A program made the translations under genes and the position numbers. The notes below the pieces were generated by a model. The model had not been told where the DNA came from, ran no database searches, and worked only from the letters and a program-made list of their open reading frames with translations. Of a stretch of 64,000 nt of DNA, positions 40,447-52,799 are shown piece by piece. The first letter of the stretch is position 1. Every line of letters begins with the position of its first letter. The DNA is from Dicyema japonicum (lineage: Eukaryota; Animalia; Dicyemida): assembly GCA_011109175.1 (NCBI GenBank), contig RDEW01000012.1:14525-78524 (forward strand), read 5' to 3'.

Positions 40447-40619
40447 GTATATGTAAACAATTAAAGGGTTAATCGTTCAATTGAATTAGGATTTTTGCCT
40501 GCCCATTCCGTATATTTGTCCCGTCAGAAAACAGAATATCCAAAGTGCCAACGATTGCGCTACCTGATCGCCTAATGCCTAAATTATTTATTTAATTTTT
40601 ATTTAACAACCCAAGACCA

Positions 40620-41798
40620 TTTATTTGGAGTCACAGATGGAAGTGTGCAACACATCAAGATACCGTAACGCCACCAATATTCTGGGAATTGACCTATCAA
40701 GAGCTTTTGATACGGTTAACAAGAACAAGCTAATGGGGGTACTGACCGGATTCCTTGATGAGTCAAGTCTAAGGATGATCCGAATTCTACTTTCCAACAG
40801 TGAGCTCCTTGTGAGAGTCGGACAAACCTATTCAAGAAAATTTAAAACAAACACGGGCACTCCACAAGAGACTCCTTTCTCCTCTACTATTCACAATTTA
40901 CTTAGAAGCCGCTATGAGGGAACTTAGACCGTTATACCAAAAAAAAAAAAAAACGGAAAAAAAAAAAAAGAAGTTGGAAAATTTACGCAGACGATGTAGA
41001 TCTAATTTCTGAAGACAAAAAGTCCTAGAACACCTATTAGAAAAAGCACCAGATGTACTAAGGAAATGGTTTCTTACTGTGAACAGAGAGAAAACAGAAT
41101 TCACAGAGATAAGAAGGATGAGTAACGCCCTAGAAAAAAAGTGTCGAAAAGTAAAGAAACTCGGTTCACTTATGGGAAATAGCGAAGATATTTTACGTAA
41201 GAAAACTCTAGCCAATGCTGAGTTATATAAAGTAAAGAATCTATGGCTCAATCAAAGAGGTATTAACACGAAAATGAGAATCCACTATACGACTCATTTA
41301 TAAAACCCGTACATTTATATAACGCTAGAAATTGGGCGACCTCATCAGCAGATGTGGAAAGACTAGACTCGTTCCACAGAGGTCAGCTGAGAAAAATGAC
41401 AGGAACTACTTGGCCTACGAGAATATCGAGAAATGCTTTATATAAGAGATGCAGCACTAGACCTATCAGCTTAAAAGTACTGGAATCGCGATGAAAGCTC
41501 TTCGGACACGTGCTGAGGATGGAATTAACATCCCCACCGAACATATATATGGAAACATACTATGTTAGTCAAGAAGGTCGCAATCGTGAAAGACCTAGAA
41601 CAACACTGCCAATAGTTTTACAAAAAGTCCTGGTTAATATTAAAGGAAATTTAAAAACTGTTAACGACCACGACACTATGAGAACCTTTGCTTGGAACAG
41701 GGGCATGGAAGAGGATGACATCTAACATTGTTTCTTTTGCTGCACATGCGGAGCTATATGTAGTATGGCTCTTGTGAAGTGCTTAAATAAATAATAAT
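40620..41798 (+). mobile_element. 5'-truncated RTE (same subfamily as 13089-16027) with 12-bp imperfect TSD
   Basis: Nearly identical to 14975-16020. TSD aacccaagacca 40608-40619 versus aaccaaagacca 41799-41810. Confidence 0.9.
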
Positions 41799-42330
41799 AA
41801 CCAAAGACCACGGTGAAACCAAACTAATTATTACGTGATCCCGATGCATTCTAACAGCGAACGTACAGGACGGCTGCCTGGATTCTAGTCTCATAAGGGT
41901 CTCCAAAGGCGTAGGTCCGGTTCGGTGATCTTCATAAATCCAACGCTCCGTTACTCTGTAAGTCTTTTTGTATTTCCTCAATTTTCCTCATATTTGTCCA
42001 AGATTTGGACGGTCCCCACGAGGCGCATGCATATGAGAAACATGGCTCGATGTACTGTTTGTACACGTTTATCAAGACTGGGTGAGTACCACTCTTCCAT
42101 ATTCCCGATAAACTTTTCGATAAGTTCAGTTTCTTCTCGCATTTCAATAGAATGTTTTCTACGTGTGGTGTCAAACAGAGATGCATATCAATTGTCACAC
42201 CCAAAATCCTTTGAAAGGGATGCCAGTTTTGTTTAATTTCAAAGTGACTGTCTTTATTCCCAATCTTTTGTCAAAGGTAAATAGTAACGTAGACGACTTC
42301 TCTGCATTCACCACGAGTCGGTTTTCCATT
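41799..42330 (-). mobile_element. I-group LINE 3' part
   Basis: LGVTID-like motif, LSGIWKSG, VYKQYIEPCFSYACASW; 3' motif gggatcacgtaat. Confidence 0.8.
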
Positions 42331-42338
42331 ATCTAGAC

Positions 42339-43240
42339 CAGGGGTTTTCAACCTTTTTAGCTCAAGGGCCGAATCGATAATTAGAGTAATATTTTATTGC
42401 AAAAAAAATTTTTATTTGATTTAAAAAAAAGGCTTTATTACGTAATAAGAGAATCAATGTGAGACTTGATTTTGCTTGGCGTCTACTATTTTATCGAAAC
42501 GAGGAGTAAAGTTCGAAGACGATCTTGATGTAGTATGCAGTGATGCCTAATCACAGGACTCAACTCATCATCTACTCGCCATCCAGCTACGAGACCTTGA
42601 AACCCAGTTTTCCATCAAACCATAGAAGGACATCCATCTGTGGCAATTGAAAACATTTTTGAAAGATCCAAATGTGCCTTTTCAAGGCAATCACGAAATT
42701 CACGGAATATATCAGCTCTTTTAGTAGAACCATGAAAGTTACGTAGCGTGAGAAATTCTTCATAAATTTTGAAGTCAGGCATGACACCTCGAATAAACAC
42801 AGCCATTTGTTCTGTATCACCAATATCTTTAGTGATGTCAAGAGCAATAGAATAGTGTACGAAAAAGTTGGATTCAGTGAGTAGCTGGCATTGAATATCG
42901 TCAGATACTCTCTTAATTCTCAGATTAACTGTATCGTTGCATAGCTAGTAAGTATATAACTTTTTTTTTAATTTCTGAAGAACAACATTTTTCAGTAAAT
43001 ATAAGGATAGCTTGCTTAATAAATTCTCCATCTGAATACGGCTTCATATTTTTTGCAAGTAGATGACAAATTTTGAAAGAATCTTGATGACATGGGCTGT
43101 TTAAACAACGTGGTTTGTAGTTTGCGATTTGATTTCATAGATAGAAATTTGATTTTTCTTGTTGGTTCTTCAAAAGATTTGTCTGTTTATCTACTTCAAC
43201 AAGCAAAACTCACTTGACCAAACTTCACTTACGGTGTCCT
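42339..43240 (-). mobile_element. hAT DNA transposon remnant (Charlie/SPIN, GTF2IRD2-like transposase)
   Basis: TIR caggggttttcaaccttttt at 42339, preceded by the Charlie-type 8-mer atctagac. The ORF reads AVFIRGV...EEFL...GSTK..DIF...SIATDGCPSM. The second TIR was not found. Confidence 0.85.
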
Positions 43241-44299
43241 AATACTCCCAACCCACAAGAAATAGTCTAAAGTGATATAAAAGGGTATTTGATTCAATCT
43301 TCCGGAAGACCCTAACTGCAAAATCCTTAAATTTAAGTCATGGTTGGCGAATTTTAACAGCGACCGAAGGGGCGAGTGATATTAATATAAAAGTGATATT
43401 AAAAGATCCCAGTTATGTCCAACATTGTTAGTGACCGTCTCACTTCAGTACCCCAACTCCATCTTCAAGAAAAGTGACGAGGATAATGCAGAAGTCAATT
43501 TGAATGATTCCTTTATCCCCACCAAAAAGATCATTTGGAGTCACACAGCATTCGCCCATCAAGGTAATCTCGAGAATCCAAAAGAAAATAGGAATAGTTG
43601 AGATTTTTTTGCATTCCTCTTTATCTTCCACCTTTTCATTAGAGCTTATGTAAAAACAATTTATTTTACTGAGCATCGAATACGCCTGATAATTCGCTCT
43701 CACTATCGTTGCAGAGAAAATCGGAGGTGATACAAAACCGATACGTAATAATGGTATTCTTCTCAAAACAGACTCCCACCATGCTGTTACGAAAAATGCA
43801 AAACGTTAAGCCAATTGTGGATTACTTCACAAAATTGGCAAGTCCCCCAAACATTCACTATTGTCGGTAGTCGGAAACATATCTTAAATCTTCCCAAATA
43901 CGAAAAAACCTGTCTTTTGAAGATTATTCAAAGATCTAAGACTGAGGAAAATGAATTTGGACTTTAACTCTTGTAGTTTAATTAGTTTATTAGAGTAAAA
44001 GACGTCCATACTTGCAGTTGTGGAAACTCCTTCAGTGCATTGGGGGAGAGCAAATGATCCTTTTCGTGCCGGTCTGGCACCTAGACAGGTGGATCATATG
44101 GCGCTACTCAAATAGGAAGAGAGAGGAGGAACAGACGAACAAACATAAACTTCAACCAACTAGCCACGAAGCACCACAAAGCGCCACGCGGCTAAACTAG
44201 AGTATTTTTAGATGCTTAAGTAGCAACAATTTTTTAATGATAAAGGTTTAATAAACAAGAGCGATAAACAATTAATTATTGTGTTTTTAATAAATGCTA

Positions 44300-44880
44300 G
44301 CTGCCGCTGATATTCTTTGGATCCTGTGCTTACCACGGCCGTGCAACAATGGACAAAATGTGGACTAGATCCCGAAAGACCTTATTTCCCAAAAGATTGG
44401 GATGAAATTAAAACAACTAGAAAGTCTAAAAGAAATAGAAAGTACACAGATATTTATTGGCAAACGTATAAATTTGGAAGTCCTTGGTCAATACTTTCCC
44501 GGTTCACTCAGTTGGTACTCAACTGAGTGTAGATACTATTCGTGTTGGAGTTGCTCTTCGAATAGGCCTAGATGTCTGCTTGGAACACCGGCGCCGATGC
44601 GGTGGGAGAGGTGATAGGGAAGTAGTATATCTACTGCTATACAGATGGAGCACCGGGAGATTCTCTCGCCGGTTCGCCTCTCAGCCGATCTCGGGTGAGA
44701 CGTCTGGAGTTTTTTGGCCCTTCACGTAAAGTTTATCAGGTTGATAGAGCGGTTTGCAGATCTGCAGATGGGAGAGTCTAGAATGACACTATGGCTCTCC
44801 TAGAATATTGGGCTTGCGATCATGATGGGTAACTCTTATTCCTTGCTCAATGCCTCCAGGCCATAATCTAGTATTTTGAC
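44300..44880 (+). mobile_element. Degenerate CRE fragment
   Basis: QWTKCGLD, SVGTQLSVDTIRVGVALRIGLDVCLEHRRRCGG. Confidence 0.7.
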
Positions 44881-45783
44881 TTTCATTGATATTTTGCCTT
44901 CGTTTTTAATTAATTTAAGTTTTGTGTGGTTTTAATATCAATGAAAAATTGGATCTCATAAAGATCTATCTTTTTTCCAATTTTTTCCTCCTGACATGGT
45001 TTCCGTATAAGACACTCGACCACAACCAACTTGACTAGCTAGTTCAAATAATTCCTGACTTGCTAAACACTCAAATAACAAGAAAGCGTTTGAAAACTAA
45101 AATCTTAAGACCTGCATACTTCATTCGCAGGGGACAAGTTAAATTATTAAAAATTATAATCTATCAAAAAGAGCTACAAAAAATCCTTATTATCTACAAT
45201 TTTGTTCAATATATATTGTTAACTTAGACGTCCTAAACATAATTCTCTCGTCTTATTCCGAAAATTTCATAATACCTAAGACCTGTCGAGTGAACCGTAC
45301 AAGAAGTGTCTAATTTCGTCAGTGTTCATTTAAAATAACATACTTAAATACACCGTTTGAATTTGAGCTAAATAACGTTTATCCAAATAAAGAAGATTCC
45401 CATTATCCTCGGGTTTACCTTTGATCCGTTGATGATATTCATAAGTAATGTCAAGTTGATAGCTTCGAGAATCCAATAATTGGAATATTCCTTCGCACAC
45501 TCTTCAATATCTTCTATTCTACCAAGTATCGAAATAATGTTAAAATACACAATCTCATTTGCTTTCTGATTGTATAAAGTGACAATCAGATGCTAGACCA
45601 AGTCACTTAATATTAACTTAAAAATAAAAGGGATTCATACAAATAGTCGAGAAAATAAGATTAACTTTAATAGATGTTTAATTTGAAAATAAATGAGCTT
45701 ATATTGTCTGATAATAAGCATTCAAACTGCCACTTGAGTTAAATGTGATTTAAAGACATAAGAAAATAATATTTAAAATTATA

Positions 45784-46420
45784 TTAATGTGACATTGAGT
45801 AATACTCCCCATCTGGACCTGTTAAAGAAACAATGTTGTTTTCTTTTTTCCATTTCATTCGACGATTTTGAAACCATATTTTAAGTTGCCTCTCGGTTAA
45901 TTCAGTTTGTGATGCTAATTCTTTCCGCCTTCTTTTAGTAAGATATCTTGTTTTTCTAAATTCATTTTCAAGTAAATTTGTTTGTTCCTTAGAATAAGTT
46001 TGTCTCGTTCTGTGAGTTGAAGAACTAAAATTAACAAAATATTGAAAACCCAGAGTATCTAACAAAAGATTCTTTAAAGAAATCTTCTTTTTTCGAAAAA
46101 TCATTATCAAAAGACTTTTCATGCCATATAGTGGATGGGTATTTCAGATTAATTCCATTATTGATATTATTTTGAATATCCTCCATGCAATTATAGATAT
46201 TTGTTTGGTAAAAATCTGCATTATGTGGCTTATAGTTGTGATATAGCATGGGATAATGAGTTTTGTCATAAGGATCAGAAAATTTAGTAATATCAGGAAT
46301 AAAAGATGAGAAATGTGAAAAATCTTGCCCAAATTGATTAGCCGTTTGATCAAATGTTGATTGAATATCATTATGTAATTCTGAATTCCATTTAGTGTCG
46401 TTATAAAACTTTGAATTCAT
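45784..46420 (-). CDS. Lox5: Central-class Hox homeodomain protein, Lox5/DoxC-like, 203 aa, one 25-nt intron (46025-46049)
   Basis: Homeodomain [12 protein letters not shown]...RYLTKRRR...[21 protein letters not shown] followed by NIVSLTGP, close to the Lox5 parapeptide KLTGP. Removing the GT-AG intron joins the two ORFs in frame. Confidence 0.88.
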
Positions 46421-47089
46421 GGTTATCTCTCAAATCCTTTAAACGGGCTTATATATTTTAGCTTTTCAAGTGCAAAATCAACGTAGAAACGCTGACATCA
46501 GCCACATTAACAATAGAACAGAATTTTAAAACAGTAACCCAAAACCACAGATTTCCAACAAATAATAACCACCAATTAAAATCATTGTCTTTATGTTGCT
46601 ATTCAATACGCTTTCTTTTAAGTTAACCACAATTTTCTTTGTGTTCTGTCATTTCTCAAGATTTTTTAATAAAAATTTAGAAATAATTCAATAATAATAG
46701 AAATAACAGTAAATTAGCTTAGATTTATTGGTTAACAATTCACGTTTTTTTGTTATCATTATTAGCAATATACATAATCTGTGATCTTCGTACTTTTACT
46801 ATTGGAACAGTTTACCAGACGCTTCCTCTGTTCAGAACTTTAGGTTTTCTGAATCCATCACCTCATCCATGCTCAAGAGAAGGAAGATATTGGCTTTCAT
46901 ATGAAACTAAACAGACATTCACTGCAATAGATGTACGTCACTACCTTCCGCCCAATTAACCACTTGGCTGACTGCTTATTGTAATTAATATATACAAGGG
47001 TCGATAAATTTTGCTTTTTTAATAAATTATCAATCATAAACAACCAATATTTTAAAGATATTTAGAAATGCTGTGTGATATTAGAATGG

Positions 47090-47340
47090 CGCACGTTAGT
47101 TATGTGGCTACTTGAAGAATTTTTGTTTGTTTCTTCTGTTCCCCTCCATCCCTTTTGGCTTCAAGGAGCTTGAAATGTTAGTATGCTTTATCTGGCTCAC
47201 CATCTCTGGTGGCGCCAGATATATCATAAATTATATAAAAAAGGACCATTAACAACCATCCAGAATAGTTCCTCCTTAATACCACTTTGTGCAAATCCGA
47301 ACATGCGAAGACTACTGAAGGAGGCCGGGATCACCTGATT
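47090..47340 (-). mobile_element. Degenerate RTE-like 3' fragment
   Basis: RLRMFGF...LFW-like post-RT motif. Confidence 0.4.
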
Positions 47341-47649
47341 TTTTTTCATTCAGGGTATAATGGTGGTTTTTGGTTAAATAAATTTAATTCAAAATCTGTA
47401 AAGAATATTTCATAAAAATTGATAGATCAAAAGTGAATATTTTTATTTAATTTTTTCTTAAATTCAAAATTAGTCAGTGTTGCAAATACAGAATTCTTGT
47501 TAAGTTGTAATATTTTTCGTCAGATAAAAATTATATATTGCACTTCAACAATTTGCGTCATTTAACGTTTAAAACAAAATCTTTCAAAAATGCATTGAAA
47601 GAGAATCCCCCCATTTGAAGCTATTCTAAATATTTATGATTAACATTTT

Positions 47650-48100
47650 TCGGTTGAGGTGACACCACTCTCTTGCATTTTATGTCTGATTCATTCTCGG
47701 GCGGCTCTATGGTGGTAACTATCTTTAACGCCAGAACCATCAATGACCGGTTGAAGAGTCACCCACTTTGTCAGGACTTGGAAAAGTACGGAAGATCGAT
47801 ATGCTGCCTTTAAGAGACAAAAGTCAAAGAAGGCCTAGATGAGTTTCACTGAGACTACACATTAATTTTATTTCCTGCTAACTGTAGATACTATGGACAA
47901 GGGTTTGGAATGAACAAGGACTTGTTTAATGAACTTTTTCATTATGGAGGATCAGCAATAGAATAAGCATTATTCAATTACGCGTAGGGTCTAATTGATT
48001 TAGAAGACTAATGCCCATCATCAATGTATACGCTTTGCATAGCGGTCGTATCTCGAATGACCAAGAAGAGCTGGATGTTTGCTACAAAGAACTATCCAGG
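47650..48100 (+). mobile_element. RTE 5' fragment (APE)
   Basis: TIFNARTI...QDLEKYG...CCL*ETKV; the 5' motif ggttgaggtgac resembles the other RTE heads. Confidence 0.65.
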
Positions 48101-48434
48101 ACCGTAAGAGCTCACTTCTTTTCTTTGAGAGTTATTGGAATGCGTACTTGGAGTCCTTCTTATTTCTTTTTTTTGTGAGTGATTGCAAAGTCGGAATGCG
48201 AAAGGGATGTGAATGTTTCATTGAACACGTGGATGGGATTTCAACATTCTGCGTGGTTTCATTGAATTCTAAGTACCTGGTCTTCCTCAAGAAACTTGGA
48301 CATATTGTGACACAATTAAAAATGACTGTGAAACGCAATGGCTCATCGAACTGGTCTCCATAGCGGTCCGAAGGGAAACGTAGCACCACTAAAGTCTGCT
48401 TAAAAAATACTTACTTTCTAATTTTAACAATAAC

Positions 48435-48720
48435 AATAAAATCGTTCTAAAGTCCAGCGGATATGATCGAGTGGCTGTTACCTCTGACTACTGCCAGGGA
48501 TATCCTTTGGAAAAGCCACTCGGTTTCCCGACGCTCCCTCGAGGCTTTGGTCAATAGACACCCAAGTGCTCTAAGGAAAGAGACCGTCTTGGGGCCAAAG
48601 ACTCCGCTCGTCTCGACGACCACTGGCTGTACATGGAAACGGTTTAGGAGCTGCTGTATTTCTTTATTTTTGAGTTTTCATATAAACGGGCGGCCTCTCC
48701 CGCTTTCATTGCCGACCTCA
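48435..48720 (-). mobile_element. 3' end of a third CRE family
   Basis: Minus frame reads PVVVETSGVFGPKTVSFLRALG...RETEWLFQRISLAVVRGNSHSIISAGL*. Confidence 0.85.
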
Positions 48721-49319
48721 AAAGTTTCAGTGTTGAATTACATTGATTTAAGAAATTTCTGGCACAGTCTTGACAAACTTCTGCTACGCCTTTGAACTAT
48801 TTCAACATTCTGCGCACCATAAAACGATTTAGGCTGACTGCCGTCATACTCCTGGAATTTTGATACAAATTTATGATTAAAGTACTCAAACTGATTGGAG
48901 TACTTAAAGATTGAAGTACTCAAAAGTTTTCTGGATCGCGATTCAGTTATCTTGATGCAAACTTTCCTAACTAAAACGGGACTTAGGGTTCGCATTAAAA
49001 AAACCCTACCCTGGAAAATCATAGCAACAGTAAGCACACCTCAGTAAGATTTTATATCTCCATTACTATTTACCGTTTATTCTGCTCTCCACGCCTTCAG
49101 AAAGTTATACGTTAATAACGTTATGGAAATTGTGTACGCTGACGACGTGGACTGTCTCAAATGAATATCATCTGCTTGATGTAGCGCCTGGTCATTTAAA
49201 CAAATGGTTCCTATCCATGAACACATCTAAAACAGAGATTAAATAGATCAAAAAAATGGAGTTACGTAGAAACGAAAGATCGACAAAGTCGAAAAACTCT
49301 ACAAACAAAAGAGGATGAA

Positions 49320-50510
49320 CTCTCCAGAGTCACGGAGAAACTCTCCTTACTCGATGGTCATACAGCGTTCTTCCTTTTGAAGAATAGCATCGGCTTGCCC
49401 AAGCTCCTATATGCTCTCCGATGTACTCCCTGTTTCAAACATCGTGACATCCTCCTGTCACTGAATTGCTTCTAAACATCCACTTTGATGTGCCGCGTTG
49501 GAACCAATGCAAGCTTCCTACACGCCTCGGAGGAACGGGTCTCAGGTCGACGCTGGAGATCGCCTATCCAGCATATGTGTCATCGCTCTCAAGTGGAAGC
49601 CTTTTGGTCCAAGAAATTACGTTTTACGACCGGACTTTCTCGGGAAAGAGTCTTCGACGAAACTCGTCGCGGATGGTGTGAAACTGGTTTGGATATGCGG
49701 AACGATCCTTCGTGGCAACGTGACTGGGATGATAGCTACTCCAAGATTATCTTCGACGTTCTAAATTCTGAGACCAATCATCATCGTCTTGCATGCCTCG
49801 TGTCCGCCGCCAACCATGGGGCGGGAGCGTGGCTGGATGCACTCCCGTGTTCTTCCCTGGGGACCCTTTTTGGACGATGACTGTATTCGGATTGGGATCG
49901 CACAACGCCTGGGAGTTGATGTTTGCGTCAAACACCAATGTCGCTGTGGAGGGATCGTCGATGCCAAATGGCTGCACCCGCTCTCGTGCAAAAGGAGTGC
50001 GGGCAGAGCACCCCACCATGCTGCTATGAGCAACATTTTCATGCGAGCTTTTGAAGCGGCAGGCTTCCCGGCAGTACTGGAGCCTGTGGGATTGGACCGC
50101 GGAAATGAGAAAAGACCGGATGAGTTAACTATCTTTCTGTTCACTGAGGAAAAATCGCTCGTATGGGACTGCACTGTTGTGGATTCTTTCTCGAACTCGA
50201 TGATACTCAGCTCGGCGCAGTCTGCTGGATCGGCAGCCGATCTGGCCGAGAAAATCAAGAGTGAAAAATATGGCGAAATTGGAGACAGCTACCGTTTTGT
50301 ACCGGTAGCAATCGAGACGTCTGGTGTGGCCGGAAGTATTACAGCCTCTTTCCTAAAGGAAATCGGGGGAAATTGGCCCACCGCAAGAAAGACGTGCGGG
50401 GAGCGGTCTGGCTGAGACAACGAATTTGTATCGCAGTTGTCCGCGGAAACGCTTACTCCGTGATGTCAGCAGCCGCTCTCCCCCATAGTTAATAAATAAT
50501 ATTTATTGTT
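49320..50510 (+). mobile_element. 5'-truncated CRE element
   Basis: LPKLLYALRCTPC, KLPTRLGG, GAWLDALP, QCRCGG, HPLSC, KRPD, WDCTVVD, PVAIETSG, IAVVRGN. Confidence 0.9.
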
Positions 50511-50559
50511 AATAGATTTTTAATTTACACAATCCATAGTGTATTTACAAATATATGTG

Positions 50560-51253
50560 ACCGGTTGAGAACGAGTTTAGGCTGAGAAAGAGGCGCAAAA
50601 ATCGATTTTGCCGTTGCAACGCCGTTGCGACATAAAACCGCAAAAAGTATATTAATTATCGAAGTGGGGATTGCAATTTTCGCGGCATGATTTCAGAGAG
50701 GAGACTCAATGTGTACATGGAAGAGATAAAAGACTGGCGCGGTTTTCATGAGTTAAAACTGTCAGAAGAAAAATCTAGTGCAATTAGGTTCTTCGGTCGG
50801 AATGGAAAAAAAATCAGAAAGACTCCGTATGCAGAATCAACATTGTGAGCTCCCTGAAGTATCTCGGAACAGCTTTTGAGAAATCTGAGGATATTGTGCG
50901 ATTTTAAACTCAAAAGGAAGAAAACCCACCATGCGATATTGTGTATTATGTAATTGAGACTCGAAATGGATATGTTTTTATTTATTTTTTCACGTACGAT
51001 CATTCCATCACTTTTTTATGGACTGGAAGGATGGTATTACACTGCATACAAAAAGCGTTTTATCTTGCTTCTTGAAAAATCGAAGAGAGCAGGGATCAAG
51101 ATTGCCCTACACAAAAGGCTCAACAAGAAGCTAGATGAAGATGAAAATTTACTAGTAATGTCGATTAGAGATGCAGCAGAAAAAAGGATAGAAAACTTCC
51201 TAAAAAGAGATGTTATCATTGACTCGTATGTTGCAGCACAGAATAAACGATAA
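50560..51253 (+). mobile_element. Mixed LINE remnants (RLE motif plus post-RT motif)
   Basis: ILIIEVGIA at ~50650; IIPSLFYGLEGW in ORF 50954-51253. Confidence 0.45.
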
Positions 51254-51354
51254 AAGGGGTCTGAGAGCGCAGAGAAAAATTCAAGCGCTTGCAGGACTTG
51301 CCCCTCTTTAATTTTCTTTGCAATAAAGTTGTTAAAGTTTAAAGTTAAAAATGA

Positions 51355-51440
51355 TTGCAGTTGTCCGCTAAAACGTTTACTCTGTAATGTCAGCAGCCGC
51401 TGTTCCCCATAGTTAATAAATAATATTTTATTGTTAAATA
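51355..51440 (+). mobile_element. Very short CRE 3'-end copy
   Basis: Matches the last ~85 nt of the 49.3-50.5 kb element. Confidence 0.8.
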
Positions 51441-51814
51441 AAACGCAATTACTCGAAAAAAATTAGCGAAGTAAAAATTAAAATTTCTCAATTATTCTCG
51501 GCATTCATTAATTCAGATTTAAAATTTTTTTTATAAAAATATAAATTATAAAAAAAATTTCAATTTTTAGAATGATTTACCTCTAATTAAATAAAAGAAA
51601 ATCACCCGGGTATACTAATTGTTTTTGTTGTTATCAAGTTTGTTTTTTTGACGTTCCAGAAAAAGAAATTATTGGAGACAGGGTTTTAGAAGAGTACGCA
51701 CTGACACTAATGTAAAAACTCGTAGAGGTACTCTGAATGAGCATATGGACATCCATATCTATTACGTCAAAGAAATCTATCCTACTGGGATGATAATATG
51801 TGAATGCGAAGATA

Positions 51815-52120
51815 GTTAGTTAGTTAATAGCACTTCCGCGTTGCCATAAGCACGTAAAATGCCTAGGGTTTCGCTCGTGCCGTACACTCGACTATCCTCC
51901 CAGTCAGCCCTCTCCATCTAGCTCTGTTTCTCGCGCGTTTACGAATATCCACAAAATCGTCTCCAGTTTTGAGTTGACCGCCAATTCGTGCGTAATCGTT
52001 GTTAATGCAGAGATGATTTGAATAGTAATCTTCCATGATTTGATTGCAAGGAATCACTTCGTCTATTCTCAGAACATGTCCGAAAAGCCACCAGCGTGAG
52101 GTAATTACTTATCTGCTCAT
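51815..52120 (-). mobile_element. 5'-truncated RTE, third subfamily, (TAAC)n tail
   Basis: LKTGDDFVDIRKRARNRARW. The 3' motif tatggcaacgcggaagtgct is followed by attaactaactaac. Confidence 0.8.
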
Positions 52121-52359
52121 TGCGAAGATAGCAGAGACTTGGCTAATTTAGATACAAAATAAATGTTTGTTCGATTAAAATTAATTGTCACCGTCCGTAC
52201 GTAGAACTCCACAAGAACCAATCGAAATAAAAATTAGTACCGTGGATAATTCAGAATTATCTGAGTTGAATGATGTAATTTTTAGTTAAAATCGTTAATA
52301 TTTTTAGTTAAAACCATTCAAAAATATTTTTTAATCTTTTTGGCTTAATGTGGAGATTA

Positions 52360-52640
52360 GATTAAGTTGTTGATTAGGAATGAGATAAGGTATTGATTAG
52401 AGTTGAAGTTATGTATTGATTATGTTTGATGCTAGATAGTGACTTAGCGCTATTTTTAGGAAAGGGATTTGAATTTGTCAAAGTTATGGTTAAAATTAGA
52501 ATTAGACATGGTTAAGGAATAGGTTTTATGATGTTTTTAGGTTTAAGAATAAAAATTAGGGTTAGGGACTAGGTATTAGGATTTGGGTTAAGGGTTAGGG
52601 ACTAAGGTTAGTGTTAGAGATTAAGGTCAGGGTTTTGGTT
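52360..52640 (+). repeat. Degenerate telomere-like (TTAGGG) hexamer array
   Basis: Core near 52555-52632, e.g. ttagggttagggactaggtattaggatttgggttaagggttagggactaagg; decays leftwards. Confidence 0.75.
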
Positions 52641-52799
52641 TTATGTTTGTGTAGGAGTTTTACGGTATAAAACTATTTCAGTTAGTAGCTAAGAAAAAAT
52701 AATTTTTCAATATTAAAAATTAATTTTCGCTTAGTTTTTTTATTTAAATGTTTAATAACATTTCCTACATTAATTGTATTCAATTTTTTCTGGTTGTTC

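Noticed and set aside
40935-40985. A-run expansion and G-to-A bias in the truncated RTE (possible editing)
   Set aside because: Concentrated in homopolymers and compatible with slippage, AT drift or sequencing error.
44020-44200. Possible second PHD remnant (MIH-SRCQ)
   Set aside because: The Cys/His pattern cannot be recovered without several arbitrary frameshifts.
48738-49037. Possible Merlin transposase C-terminal motif (NHKFV...AQNVE)
   Set aside because: Spacing differs from the VNHS..FV...HTQNIE motif and there is no supporting TIR.
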